A DNA stretch of 62,412 nt, filler included, from Chiloscyllium plagiosum (taxonomy: Eukaryota), in NCBI RefSeq assembly GCF_004010195.1. It is 3 parts of one record of this genome, joined end to end, with 100 filler letters (N's around TTAATTAATTAA, not from the genome) between each part and the next. Parts side by side here need not be neighbours in the genome. Positions count along the whole stretch, not along the records: positions 1 to 27,051 come from NC_057711.1; 2 more parts are not named here. One strand, given 5' to 3'. The notes beneath the pieces were generated by a model. The model was not told the DNA's origin and did no database searches. It was given only the letters and a program-made list of their open reading frames with translations. Of this stretch, positions 14,260-27,151 are shown piece after piece; within the stretch, counting starts at the first letter, position 1, and every line of letters starts with the position of its first letter. Position numbers and translations under genes: made by a program.

Positions 14260-15598
14260 GGACGTAGATTTGCTCGCTGAGCTGGAAGGTTCATTTTCAG
14301 ACATTTCATCACCATAGGTAGGTAAAATCATCAGTGAGCCTCTGGATGAGGCACTGGTGGCCTGGCTTACTTTTTGTTTATGCGTTTTCCTTGGGTTGGT
14401 GATGTAATTTCCTGTTCACACCCAATGAACACAGTCTGCCGATTTCTTAGCATCAAAACCCAACAAGCAGACAAAACACATCCAGAAATCCTAGCCACTC
14501 TCCCCTACTTCAAAAACATCTTGGAAATGACGGCCAGACTACTCAGGCCCCTTGGCATCATGGTAGCCCACAAACCCACTAACACACTAAAACAGCAGCT
14601 AATGAACTTGAAAGATCCTACACAGACAACAAGCAAAACTAATGTCATTTACAAAATACNNNNNNNNNNNNNNNNNNNNNNNNNNNNNNNNNNNNNNNNN
14701 NNNNNNNNNNNNNNNNNNNNNNNNNNNNNNNNNNNNNNNNNNNNNNNNNNNNNNNNNNNNNNNNNNNNNNNNNNNNNNNNNNNNNNNNNNNNNNNNNNNN
14801 NNNNNNNNNNNNNNNNNNNNNNNNNNNNNNNNNNNNNNNNNNNNNNNNNCTAACACTACGGGCAATTTAGTATGGCCAATTCACCTGACCCTGCACATCT
14901 TTGGACTGTGGGAGGAAACCGGAGCACCCGGAGGAAACCCACGCAGACACGGGGAGAACGTGCAAACTCCACACAGTCAGTCGCCTGAGGCGGGAACTGA
15001 ATCCGGGTCTCTGGCGCTGTGAAGCAGCAGTGCTAACCACTGTGCCACCGTGCCGCCCATCTTGGAAATGACGGCCAGACTACTCAGACCCACAAACCCA
15101 CCAACACACTAAAATAGCAGCTAATGAACTTGAAAGATCCTACACAGACAACAAGCAAAACTAATGTCATTTACAAAATACCATGCAAGAACTGTAACAA
15201 ACACTACATTGGACAAACTGGCAGAAAGCTAGCTAGCAGGGATAGTGTAGGAGGACAAGCTGAGAATAGTTGACAGTTCGGCGCAACATCGAGGGCCGAA
15301 GGGCCTGTTCTGCGCTGTATTGTTCTATATTCTATGTTCTAAACACATTGACTTGGATCCCATTTACTACCCACTGAGAAAAAGAACAGGAAATGACATG
15401 GGAAATGGCATCACCAATCCAAGGAAACCTAAACACATAAATAGAAAGTGGACCATGCCACCAGTGCTTTATCCGGAGGCTCACTGATGATATTACCTAG
15501 TAGGGTGACGAAACATCTGAAAACGAACCTTCCAGCTCAGCGAGCAAACCTACATCCAGAACCTCAACCTGAGCTACAACTCTTCTCAAAACTCGCTA
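14260..15598 (+). mobile_element. Penelope-like element, 5'-truncated: GIY-YIG endonuclease remnant, 3' pseudo-LTR and inverted 5' pseudo-LTR copy
   Basis: TNVIYKIPCKNCNKHYIGQTGRKL at ~15160-15232; 14260-14400 is the reverse complement of ~15415-15560; interrupted by a gap, a SINE and a CR1 tail. Confidence 0.88.
15481..15520 (+). ncRNA. Minimal hammerhead motif in Penelope 3' pseudo-LTR (family C), slightly mutated
   Basis: UCA-CUGAUGA-U-AUUACC(UAGUAG)GGUGAC-GAAA-CA-UC-UGA; stem I UCA/UGA; inverted copy at ~14316-14357 region on minus strand (core ~14317-14337). Confidence 0.65.
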
Positions 15599-16299
15599 AC
15601 AGAATAGTAATCCCTGTGTATATTATACAGAGTAGCAGTCCCTGTGTATATTATAGAGAATAGCAGTCCCTGTTTATATGATAGGGGAGGCAGTGGTATT
15701 GTTGCTGCTTACAGGTAATATCTGTGAGGACAGGCACTCAGAAATTGCTCCAATAGATGGCAGAATTTGAATACAATAAAAATTAAGACATGAAAACCTC
15801 ATCGATTGTTGTAAAATCCCAACTGGTTCACGTCTGCCTCTTTGGGAAGGAAATCTATCATCCCCACCTGGCCTGGCCTCCATGTGACTCCTGACCCACA
15901 GCAATGCAGATGACCCGAACCTGTCCTCTCAAACTGCCATGCGAGATATTCAGTTATATCAATCGCTACAAATTTTCAACAAAGAAATGAAACCAGATGA
16001 AGTCATTGACTTAGGTACCAGAAAAGGCAACGGCAAAAACAGCCCTGTCAAATCTGCAGGGTCTTCCTCACTAACATCTGGGGGCGCGTGCCAGTATTGG
16101 GACAGCTGTCTCACAGACTGACACAGTGATGCTCACTGACTCATACCTTATAAACAATGTCCCAGACACCACCATCCCTGGAGATGACCTGTCACACCGA
16201 CAGGACAGACCCAGCAGAGGTGACGACGCAGTGGGATACAGTCGGAAGAGAGTTGCCCTGGGAATTCTCAACAGTACTCCCACAAAGCAGTACAGTCAT

Positions 16300-16925
16300 T
16301 CAAGAAGAAAACAGGGGATATCGGGATAAACCGGGAAAGTTCAGGCCAATCAGTCTAACCTCAGTAACAATTGGAAGCAATTCTGAGGGACAGAGAAAAA
16401 TTGCATTTGGAGAGGCAGGGATTAATCAAGAACAGTCAGCATGGTTTTGTTAAGGGGAGATCATGTCTGACCAACTTAATTGGATTATTTGAAGAGGTGA
16501 CCGACGCGTGCAGATGAGGGCATTGATTTTGACATTGTCTACTTGGGCCTCAGTAAGGTTTTTGATGTGATCCCAAACAGGAGACTGATAGTGAAGGTAA
16601 AATCTAATGAGATCCAGGGCAAATTGACTAATTAGGATCAGAATTAGCTGAGAGGCAGGAAACAGAGGGTGATGGTTGAGGGGTGTTTTGCCTGATGGGA
16701 AGCCTGCAAGCAGTGGCAAACCACAGGAAGCTGAGTTGGGGCCCTTGCTGTTTGTGTTAATATAAATGATTTAGACTTGGATGTAGGAAGTTTGATCATT
16801 AAATTCGCTGATGATATAAAAGTTGGTAGGTTAGTAAATGGTGAGGCGAATAGACTTATATATAGGCGGATCAGTAGCCAAAGGAGTTCAATCCAGATAA
16901 ATATGGGGTGATGCACTTAGAGAAT
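16300..16925 (+). mobile_element. Degraded CR1 RT fragment nested in the satellite, flanked by SINE and LINE fragments (15680-17235)
   Basis: PGKFRPISLTSV, QHGFVKGRSCLT motifs. Confidence 0.85.
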
Positions 16926-17936
16926 ACCAGCCCTTGTCTGTGTTTACAGAGTATAATAGAATCCTTACACTGTGGAAGCAGGCCATTTGGCCCATTGAGT
17001 TCACACTGATCCTCCAAAGAGCATCCCACCATACCCACACACCTGCATTCTCCATGGCTAACTCACCCAGCCTGCTCATGCCTCGACACGATGGACAATT
17101 TAGCATGGCCATTCTACCCTAACCTGTACATCTTTGGACGGTGGGAGGAAACCCACCCAGACACAGAGAGAGTGTGCAAACTCAAGACAGTCACCCAAGG
17201 GTGGAGTGCCAATCACTGAGCCACTGTGCCATGTATTTACAAAGAATAGCAGCCCCTATGTGTGTTACACAGAACAGCACTCCCTGTCTATATTATAGAG
17301 AATCACAAGCCCTGTGCATATAGTAGAGAATAGCCATCCCTGTGTAAACTACAGAAACAGCACCTCCTCTGTTTATATTATAGAGAATAGCAGTCCCTGT
17401 GTGTATTATAGAGAATAGCAGTCCCTGTTTATATTATAGAGAATAGCAGTCCCTGTTTATATTATAGAGAATAACAGTCCCTGTGTATATGATACAGAAT
17501 AGCAGTCCCTGTGTATATTATACAGAATAGTAGTCCCTGTTTATATTATAGAGAATAGCAGTCTCTGTGTATATTATAGAGAACAGCAGTCCCTGTGTGT
17601 ATATAGAGAATAGCAGTTCTTCTGTATACTATGCAGAAAAGCAGTTCCTGTGTATATAGAGAGAATAACAATCCCTGTGCATTTTATAGAGAACAGCAGT
17701 CCCTGTGTATTTTATAGAGAAAAGCAGTCACTGTGTATATTATGGAGAATAGCAGTCTCTGTGTCTATTATAGAGAATAGCAGTCCCTGCGTATAATATG
17801 GAGAATAGCAGTCTCTGTGTCTAATATAGAGAATAGCAGTCCCTGTGTCTATTATAGAGAACAGCAGTCCCTGAGTATATTGTGAGAATATCAGTTCCTC
17901 TTTATATTATGGAGAATAGCAGTCCCTCTTTATATT

Positions 17937-18358
17937 TAGACAATAACATAGAGATGCACAGCGCAGAAACAGACTATTTGGTCCAACTTGTCCATGCCGA
18001 TCAGATATCCTAAACTGACCTTGTCCCATTTGCCATATCCCTCTAAACTCTTCCTATTCATGTACCCATCCAGACACCTTTTAAATGTTATAATTGTACC
18101 AGCCTCCAAAACCTTCTCTGGAAGTTCATTCCATACACACACCACCCTCTGCATGAAAAAGTTGTGCTTTAACTCCCTTTTATATCTTTCCCCTCTCACC
18201 CTAAACCTATGCCCTCTGGTTCTGGACTCCTGCACCCCAGGGAAAAGATCTTGTTTATTTATCCTATTCATGCCACTCATGATTTTATAAAACTCTATAA
18301 GGTTACCCCCTCAGCCTCCTACACTCCACGGAAAACAGCCCCAGCCTATTCAGCCTCT
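17937..18358 (-). mobile_element. CR1 3' end inserted in satellite
   Basis: SRTRGHRFRVRGERYK..FFMQRVV.VWNELP frame and family tail. Confidence 0.9.
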
Positions 18359-19153
18359 CTGTGTATATTATAGAGAATGGTAGCCCCTGTGTATAAAATA
18401 CAGAATAGCAGTCCCTATATATATATGTATATGGTACAGAATAGCAGTTCCTGTATATAATATAGACAACAGTAGCCCCTATACATATTCTAAAGAATAG
18501 AGATCCTTTATATTATAAAGAACTGCAGCCCCGTGATTTTATAAAACTCTATAAGGTTACCCCCTCAGCCTCCTACACTCCAGGGAAAACAGCCCCAGCC
18601 TATTCAGCCTCTCTGTGTATATTATAGAGAATGGTAGCCCCTGTGTATAAAATACAGAATAGCAGTTCCTGTATATAATATAGACAACAGTAGCCCCTAT
18701 ACATATTCTAAAGAATAGAGATCCTTTATATTATAAAGAACTGCAGCCCCGTGTATATTAAAAAGAACATTAGTCCCTCTGTATATTGTGGAGAACAGCA
18801 GTCCATGTGTATATTATAAAGAATAGCAGCCCTTGTGTACAGTGTAATGAACTGTGCTCGAATGAGAGCTTTTTAAAGCTTTTTCCACTATTCAGAAAGT
18901 CCCTGACTCAGTTGATTGTCACCTCAAATCCACATTCTTTCCCACTCCCTAAAAGCCTTTGATTCCACAACACTCAGTGGGGTTTAGACGAATGACAGAG
19001 ATCTCATAGAAACATAAAATTCTCACTGGGCTAGATAAGGTAAAGACAGGAAGGATGGTCCCAATGACTAGGGAGCCCTGAATCACAGGGTCACACTTTA
19101 AAGATGGGTAAACCATTGAGGACTGAGATGTGGAGAAATGTCTTCACCCAGAG

Positions 19154-19465
19154 ATGATGTGGAGGTGCTGGTGTTGGACTGGGATGGACAAAGTTAAAAA
19201 TCACACAACACCAGATTATAGTCCAACAGGTTTAATTGGGAAGTACAAGCTTGTGGAGCACTGCTCCTTCATCAGGTAGCTAGTGGGGCAGGATCATAAG
19301 ACACAGAAATTATAGCAAAAGATCGCAGTGCAAACATGCACACATGACACTGAGATGTATCTTATGATCCTGCTCCACAGCTACCTGAGAAAGGAGCGAC
19401 ACTCCGAAAGCTAGTGCTTCCAAATAAACCTGTTGGACTATAACCTGGCGTTGTGTGGTTTTTAA
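19154..19465. mobile_element. Family-B fold-back insert (inverted pseudo-LTR pair, two degraded hammerheads) inside CR1
   Basis: Inverted arms ~19191-19305 / ~19358-19468; flanking cttcacccag duplication. Confidence 0.75.
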
Positions 19466-20054
19466 CTTCACCCAGTGAGTGTGGAGCCTGTTGAGGCCAA
19501 AATATTGAATGTTTTCAAGAAGGAGTTAGATAAAGGTTTGAGGGCTAAAGGGGTCAAAGGGTATGGGGAGACAGCAGGATGGGGGACTGAGTTGATGATC
19601 ACGCATGATCATATTGAATGGTGATGCAGGCCTGAAGGGCTGAATGGCCTACTCCTGCTCCAGTTTGATATGTTTCTGTCATAGAGAATATCAGCCTCTG
19701 TGTATAAGGATCTCTCCTTCTCAACCTCTCCACTTGCCTGAGGTATGGTGACCCTCAGGTTAAACCACCACCAATCGTCTCTCTCTCTAATGAGAGCAGC
19801 CCCATGATGCTCTGGGACTACAGCAACTTTACCTTATTACTGAACTGCCCAAGAGCATAGTATAGAGTTAAGAGTCACATCATTGCTGTGGGTCTGGAGT
19901 CACCTATGGGCCAGACGAGGTAAGAATGGCAGATCTCCTTCCCTGAAGGTCATCAGTGAACCACATTAGTTTTAATAGCATTTGACAGTGGTTACACGTT
20001 CATTATTAGACTTTTGATTCCAGTTTGATTTGAATTTACTACCTACCTAATCCG

Positions 20055-20990
20055 ACCTACTCTTGTAGGCACTGCATTTGTGTGGCCAGTTTATTCAGTT
20101 TCTGGTCAATGGTAACCCCAGGGATGTTGATAGCGGGGCATTCACTGAATGCCAAGGGACAATGGTTACATCCTCCCATGTTAGAAATGGTCATTGCCTG
20201 GCATGTTTATGATGCGACTATCACTTGCCACTCATCAAACCAAGAGTGACTGTTGTCCAGTTTGTGCTGCATTTGGCCATGGACTGCTTCAGTATCTGAG
20301 AAGCTGCGAATGTTGCTGAACTTTATGCAATAATTGGTGAACATCCCCACTTCTGACCTTATGATGGAGAGAAGGTCATTGAAGAAGCAGCTGAAGAGTC
20401 AAAAAGTGTGATGCTGGAAAAGCACAGCCGGTCTGATCCTAATGAAGAGCTTATGTTCAGAATGTTGACTCTCCTGATCCTCGGATGCTGCCTGACTGGC
20501 TGTGCTTTTCCAGCACCACACTTTTTGACTCTGATCTCCAGCATCTGCAGTCCTCATTTTCTCTTGCATGAAGCAGCTGAAGATGGTTGGGTCTAGGGCA
20601 CTACTCTGAGGAACTCCTGCAGAGCTGTCCTGGAGCTGAGATGACTGACCTCGAACAACCCCAACCACCTTCCTCTGTGCCAGGGATGGCTCCAACCAGC
20701 GGAGAGTTTGCCCCCCGATACCCATTGATTCCAGTTTTGCCAGGATGCCACACTCGGTCAAATACAGCCTTGATATCAAGAGCTGTCCTCTCCCCTCCCC
20801 TCTGGGATTCAGCTCTTTTGTCCATGTTTGACCCAAGGCTGTAATGAGGTCAGGAGCTGAGTGACCCTGGGGGAACCCAAACTGGGTGTCACTGAGCAGG
20901 TTATTGCTGAGCAGGTGCTGCTTGATAGCACTGTTACTGACCCCTTCCATCACGTTACTGAGGATGGAGAGTAGGCTGATGGGGCGGTAC
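20055..20990 (-). mobile_element. LINE RT fragment (second family)
   Basis: QFGF.QGHSAPDLITAL, ALDIKAVFDRVWH, AGVPQ motifs. Confidence 0.85.
20398..20569. mobile_element. Short fold-back family-A insert inside a LINE
   Basis: 14-bp TSD gaagcagctgaaga (20384-20397, 20570-20583). Confidence 0.8.
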
Positions 20991-23234
20991 CACAGAAGGT
21001 GACAGTGTAGATGGAGGACTTACAGCCCATCGTTTCTGCACTGACTGAACATCACAACTAATTGCAATTCTCCTGCCTTTTCCCCACAACTTACACATCA
21101 TTCCCCACTTAAATAATCGTCCAATGCCTGTCCTGAATGTCTGAATTGAACCCGCCTCCATCCCATTTTCAGGCAGTGACTTTCATGGTCTGAATACTCA
21201 CTATGCACATTTCATTTGCTTTGTTTGCAAATTATTTCTAATCTGTGTCCTCTTGTATTGATCCTCCTACAGCTTCTCCCAATCCATACTGCAATGTAAT
21301 GATTATCTGTAATTTGTTTATGAGACTGTAAAGTTTATCCTTTTAAGAATGCCTTATACTATAAATCACTGTAAGGTAATGCAACTTATTTTCTTTATTT
21401 GTCTTTTTGTATCTAAGATTTGTACCTGAGATGACAGCGTGAGAGGTGACATTGTAAACCTTTCACACCTCCTGTACTTCTGTACTTGAATACGTTGACA
21501 ATAAAGGATATTCTATTCTATTCTGTCCAGCCCCCACTCATGATTTTGGAAACCTCTATCAGATCTCCCCTCTCCAAGGAGAACACACCTAACTTCTTCA
21601 ATCTATCCTCATCGCTCAAGTTTCTCATTGCTGGAACGATTCTTGAAAATTACCTCCATTCTCATTCCAATGCATTCAGATCATTCCTGTAACATGGCCC
21701 CCACAACGGTACACAATCCTCCAGCTGAAATGTAACAAGTGTCTCGTACAAGTTCACCATCACCTCCTCGCTCTTGTACTCTCTGTCCCTATTAATAAAG
21801 CTGAGGACACTGTGTGCTTTATTCACTGCTCTCCAACTGTCCTACTACCATCAATGATCTGTGCACATATACGCTCAACTCTCTCTGCTCCTGCCTTCCC
21901 TTTAGAATTGTACCCCCTTTTTTTTATATTATTCTTCAATGAGCAAAGTGCATCACTTCACACTGCACAGCATTGAGCCTCGTCTGTCACCTACCCACTC
22001 ACTCCACTAAGTTGTCAATGTTCTTTTGGAGCTCCACACTGCCCCCTCACAGGTTACAATTCTGCTAAGTTTCATATCATCCACAAACTTTAAAATTGCT
22101 CCCTGAATATCATATCATTAATATATATTAGGAAAAGAACGGGTCCCAATACCAACTCCTGGGAAGCTCCACTCCTCTATCCTGTTGGGAGAGGACATAC
22201 CTGGGCAATATTCCACATTGCTGGGTAGATACCTTTGAGGTACCCAACCTTACCTTGAGTGGATCCAATTGGTTGAAGACTGGTGTCTGTGATGCTGAGG
22301 ACCGCTGAGGGAGAGCAAGATGGATCATCCTCTCGGCACTTCAGGCTGAAGGCTGCTGTGAATATTTCAGCCTTATCTTTCACACTGTTTTGCACTGGAC
22401 TCTTCTGTTATTGAGGATGGGGAAATGCTCTGAGGTGTTTGTATAAATATATATTTCAATTATATCTCATGCATCCTAACCTTGACCACACATTCTACAT
22501 TTTCTCACTGACCTGTTGTAGTCCCAGTTTCCTTAGTGACAGATAGTCTAATAGGAAGTGAATGATTCCTATTTAAGGAACTATTCATAGCCACGCAAAG
22601 CTGCAAACGCAAAGTTTCACCCTTCAACTGGGTTTCCCATAGTGTTTACTTCTGAAATGTACTCTTGTGGCTTTGCTTAGAAATTGAGCTGCCAGTGCTC
22701 AATTTCTAAACAAAATAATAGATTTAGATTTATACAGATCTTTTCACAATCGCTGCACTCCCAAAACTGTTTTGTAACAAAAGAAGTACTTTCTGATGTG
22801 TAGTCCCTGTTCTAATGATGGAACCACCAAAATACTTACAGCAGCAGGCCACAGACTGAGAATTCTGCAGTGAGTAATATTCTTCCTGTATCTCCGAGGA
22901 GATGACCCACCCCCATCTTCTCCGGGGTAACTAGGGATCGGCAATTAATGTTCACCTAGCCAACCACACCCAATGATTTATTAAATATTACCAATTTATG
23001 CACAGCAAGTTCACACAAATAGCAATGACTGGATGGTACCTTTTTTTTTCCGTTTGTTGATGCATAAGCTGCCATGCTGTTTTGTCCTGGGATCCTTTAC
23101 AAACACCCGAGGAGTTTGCAAGGCTGAGACTGACATCTGACCTGCCACTGGTAGTGCGGCACTCTCTGTCTCACTGTCTCTGTACTCTGGAGTGGGATTT
23201 AAATCTGGAACCGAGTGACTCAGTGGGGAGATGA

Positions 23235-24560
23235 GAACAAAAGCACAAAAAGGGGAGTACAGCACAGGAACAGGTCCTTCGGCCCTCCAAGCGCATGCCA
23301 ATCATCATGCCTTAACTAAACTAAAAAAAAAACCTGCTGCCCACATTTTGTCCATGTCCCACAATTTCCTCCTAATTCACGTAACCATCCAGATGCTTTT
23401 TAAATGTCGCCAATGTACATGCTGCCACCACCTTTTCTGGTCGTGCGTTCCAGCCACCTATCACACTGTGCAAAAAACTTCCCTCACACATCTCCCTTAA
23501 ACGTTTCCCCCTCACCTTGAACCAGCGTCCCTTTCTAATTGAAATTTCAACCCTGGGAAAAAACCTCAGACTATCCACCCTACCGCTGCTTCTCAATTTT
23601 GCAGACGTCTATCAGGTCTCCTCTCAGCTGCCATCTTCCCAGTGAAAACAATCCTAGTCTTTTTAACCATTCCTCATTGCCAATGCCCTCGAGACCAGGC
23701 AGCATCCCAGTGATCCTTTCTGCACTCCCTCCAAAGTTTTCACATCCTTCTTGTCGTGTGCAACCAAAACTGCACACAATACTCCAAATGTGGCGTATAT
23801 CGCTGCGACATGGTTTGCCAACTCTTGTACTTCATGCCCTGGCCAATGAAGGCAAGCATGCATTACACCTTCTCAATCACCTTGGTCAGCTGTGTGGCCA
23901 CGTTTATGGAACTGTGGACCTGCACACCCAGATCCATCCACATGATAATGTTCTCAGGGTTCTGCCATTTACAGTGTAACTTCTACCTAAATTTGATCCT
24001 CCAAAATGCATCACCTCAGAGAATCGACGTTTCGGGCATAAGCCCTTCTTCAGGAATCAGAAGGGCTTATGCCCGAAACGTCGATTCTCCTGTTCCCTGG
24101 ATGCTGCCTGACCTGCTGCGCTTTTCCAGCAACACATTTCCAGCTCTGTATTCCCTGGAGCTGAGGGATGACCTTATAGAGATTTATAAAATCATGTGGG
24201 GCATGGATAGGATAAATAGACAAAGTCTTTTCTCTGGGGCGGGGGAGTCCAGAACTAGAGGGCATAGGTCTAGAGTGAGAGGAGAAAGATGTAAAAGAGA
24301 CCCAAGGGGCAACGTTTTCACACAGAGGGTGGTACATGTATGGGATGAGCTGCCAGAGGATGTGGTGGAGGCTGGTACAATTGCAACATTTAAAAGGCAT
24401 CTGGATGGGTATATGAACAGGAAGGGTTTAGAGAGATATGGGCCGGGTGCTGATGGGTGGGACTAGATTGGATTGGGATATCTGGTCGGCATGGATGGGT
24501 TGGACTGAAGGGCCTGTTTCTGTGCTGTACATCTCTATGACTCTTTGACTCTATGACTGT
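23235..24560. mobile_element. Two opposed CR1 3' fragments (minus 23235-24017, plus 24147-24560) joined through a family-A fold-back
   Basis: CR1 C-terminal motifs on both strands. Confidence 0.85.
24026..24053 (-). ncRNA. Minimal type I hammerhead ribozyme motif, intact core (family A)
   Basis: CUGAAGA-A-GGGC(UUAU)GCCC-GAAA-CG-UC; palindromic ACGU in place of stem III. Confidence 0.7.
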
Positions 24561-24780
24561 ATAATTTTCCACCAGGTTAGGGGCAGGAGAAGCTTTGATT
24601 CAATCTGTAGGCTTTGGGGATCGATTGTGTTAGCGTTTAACTCATTTGCGTGGTATCCTGTGCCGTATATTCACCGGGCTGACACTTCAGAGTTTTAGGT
24701 GAACTTACTTTTGAAAGTTAGCGAGGAAATTCAAGTCTTTTTTATTTGTCCATGTTCCAAGTTAATTCCATTTGCAACTA

Positions 24781-24939
24781 CAGAACAACCTCGGTTATCC
24801 GAACATCAATTATCCGAATTTTGGATTATCCGAACAAGATCTCATGGTCTCGTGAAAAACGTTATCAGTTATCTGAACAACCAGTTATCTGAACAAAATA
24901 CTCCCTGTCAATCTCGTTCGGATAATCAAGGTTTTTCTG
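24781..24939. mobile_element. Tc1/mariner-pogo (Tigger-like) MITE
   Basis: TA TSD on both sides; TIR CAGAACAACCTCGGTTATCCGAA / TTCGGATAATCAAGGTTTTTCTG; internal TTATCCGAA repeats. Confidence 0.85.
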
Positions 24940-25246
24940 TACTCAACCTGTTCAGAAGGTACTTCTGTTTGTACAGAGTAATGATGCCATTCTATGTTTT
25001 ACAGTCTCAGTGTCATTTGTTCATTAACTCTTCAGTTATTCCAAACTCTGACTCCCTCCACCTGGCCTCGAGGCGAAGTCCGATTTTTCAATCTATTTCT
25101 GTGCTTTTTGCCCCATTGTTTGTCACCCAGCTCGTTCCTCCCCTTGAAACGATGCAGTGGTGTGGACGTTCGGATCTGCCTGCCAGTCTTCCCTGTCGTT
25201 GTTCCTCTTTGCTGCTTCCTCACTGCCTGAGCAGAGCTGTAGCGAG

Positions 25247-25279
<33 letters not shown>

Positions 25280-25699
25280 CTCTCACTCGCTCGTTGCCTC
25301 AGTGCAGGGTGGTGAGCACTTCCAACCGTGTGTGTGCAGGGACTTAACACTGTGTGATCCACAAGTGTACTTTATTGGCCAGATACTCAGTCCGTAGCTG
25401 AAATTCTCTGGGGTTTTTCTGTCGAGGTAAGACTCCTGTCTTCTGTCGGCATGCTTTGTGGAATCTGAAAGGGCTGTGAGTGACTGGGAGCTTTAGCCTG
25501 AATAAGAGGGACATATTCCCAGTTAGAGTACAGTGGGGATTGCTCAGCCTTCTGACTGTATGTTACACAGTATGGGCCAGCCTCTGCATACAGTTTAACA
25601 TGCTCAGAGAAACAACGTTCATTCTTCCCGTTTTTAATTCCCCTCCTCATTGAAATCAGTCAAAGGTCTTTGGTTTCAAGAGACTTGATTTCTTTCCCA

Positions 25700-26803
25700 C
25701 CTCTCCCTGACCTTGCCCCATGCTGGGGTACAGTGTTCCCCTCTCCCTGACCCTGCCCTGTGTTGGGGTACAGTGTTCCCCTCTCCCTGACCTTCCCCCC
25801 TGTTGGGGTACAGTGTTCCCCTCTCCCTGACCCTGACCCCTATTGGGGTACAGTGTTCCCTTCTCCCTGACCGTGCCCCCTGTTGGGGTACAGTGTTCCC
25901 CTCTCCCTGACCCTGACCCCTGTTGGGGTACAGTGTTCCTCTCTCCCTGACCTTGACCCCTGTTGGGGTACAGTGTTCCCCTTCTGACTGTATGTTACAC
26001 AGTATGGGCCAGCCTCTGCATACAGTTTAACATGCTCAGAGAAACAACGTTCACTCTTCCCGTTTTTAATTCCCCTCCTCATCGAAATCAGTCAAAGGTC
26101 TTTGGTTTCAAGAAACTTGATTTCTTTCCCCCCTCTCCCTGACCTTGCCCCCTGTTGGGGTACAGTGTTCCCCTCTCCCTGACCCTGCCCTGTGTTGGGG
26201 TACAGTGTTCCCCTCTCCCTGACCCTGCCCCATGCTGGGGTACACTCCCTGACCCTGACCCCTGTTGGGGTACAGTGTTCCGCTCTCCCTGACCCTGCCC
26301 CATGCTGGGGTACAGTGTTCCCCTCTCCCTGACCCTGCCCTGTGTTGGGGTGCAGTGTTCCCCTCTCCCTGACCCTGCCCCATGCTGGGGTACAGTGTTC
26401 CGCTCTCCCTGACCCTGCCCCATGCTGGGGTACAGTGTTCCCCTCTCCCTCACCCTGCCCCCTGTTGGGGTACAGTATTCCCCTCTCCCTGACCCTGCCC
26501 TGTGTTGGGGTACAGTGTTCCCCTCTCCCTGACCCTGCCCCCTGCAGGGGTACAGTGTTCCCCTCTCCCTGACCCTGCCCTGTGTTGGGGTACAGTGTTC
26601 CCCTCTCCCTGACCCTGCCCCCTGTTGGGGTACAATGTTTCCCTCTCCCTAACCTTGCCCCATGTTGGGGTACAATGTTCCCCTCTCCCTGACCTTGCTC
26701 CCTGTTGGTGTACAGTGTTCCCCTCTCCCTGACCCTGTCCTATGTTGGGGTACAATGTTTCCCTCTCCCTAACCTTGCCCCATGTTGGGGTACAATGTTC
26801 CCC
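25700..26803. repeat. 40-bp minisatellite TACAGTGTTCCCCTCTCCCTGACCCTGCCCYNTGTTGGGG
   Basis: 40-nt periodicity visible from 26161 on; interrupted by a duplicated unique block at ~25980-26130. Confidence 0.95.
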
Positions 26804-27051
26804 TGCTTTCCAAAGTCCCTGCTTCAATCCACAGGAATGGGTCTGGGTCATGTTGAGGAACGTCTTCCATACTGGCATGCCCAATATTGTCCTTATTTAG
26901 TGCACACAGCGCAACAGACACACACACACACCGCAACACACACAACACACGCACGCACGCACTCACACACAGGCACACACACACAGGCTCACGCATACAT
27001 ACACACACACCGCAACACACACACAAACTGCATCACACGCACACTCACACA

Positions 27052-27151
27052 NNNNNNNNNNNNNNNNNNNNNNNNNNNNNNNNNNNNNNNNNNNNTTAAT
27101 TAATTAANNNNNNNNNNNNNNNNNNNNNNNNNNNNNNNNNNNNNNNNNNNN
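27052..27151. other. Artificial scaffold linker (N-run + TTAATTAATTAA + N-run); second copy 58138-58236
   Basis: Identical six-frame-stop 12-mer centred in ~100-nt N gaps. Confidence 0.93.

Larger units (their letters stand above)
9100..18840. repeat. 28-bp tandem satellite, consensus AGTCCCTGTGTATATTATA(C/G)AGAATAGC, interrupted by nested retroelements
   Basis: Periodicity read directly (e.g. 10032 to 10060); on the order of 200 diverged units. Confidence 0.97.

Noticed and set aside
19154..19465. Initially read as a DNA-transposon MITE
   Set aside because: Arms are unequal, the flanking duplication is ~10-12 bp and both arms carry hammerhead motifs, which fits inverted Penelope pseudo-LTRs better
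24699..25397. 232-aa ORF
   Set aside because: Runs through a MITE and a (CT)n tract; no recognisable domain
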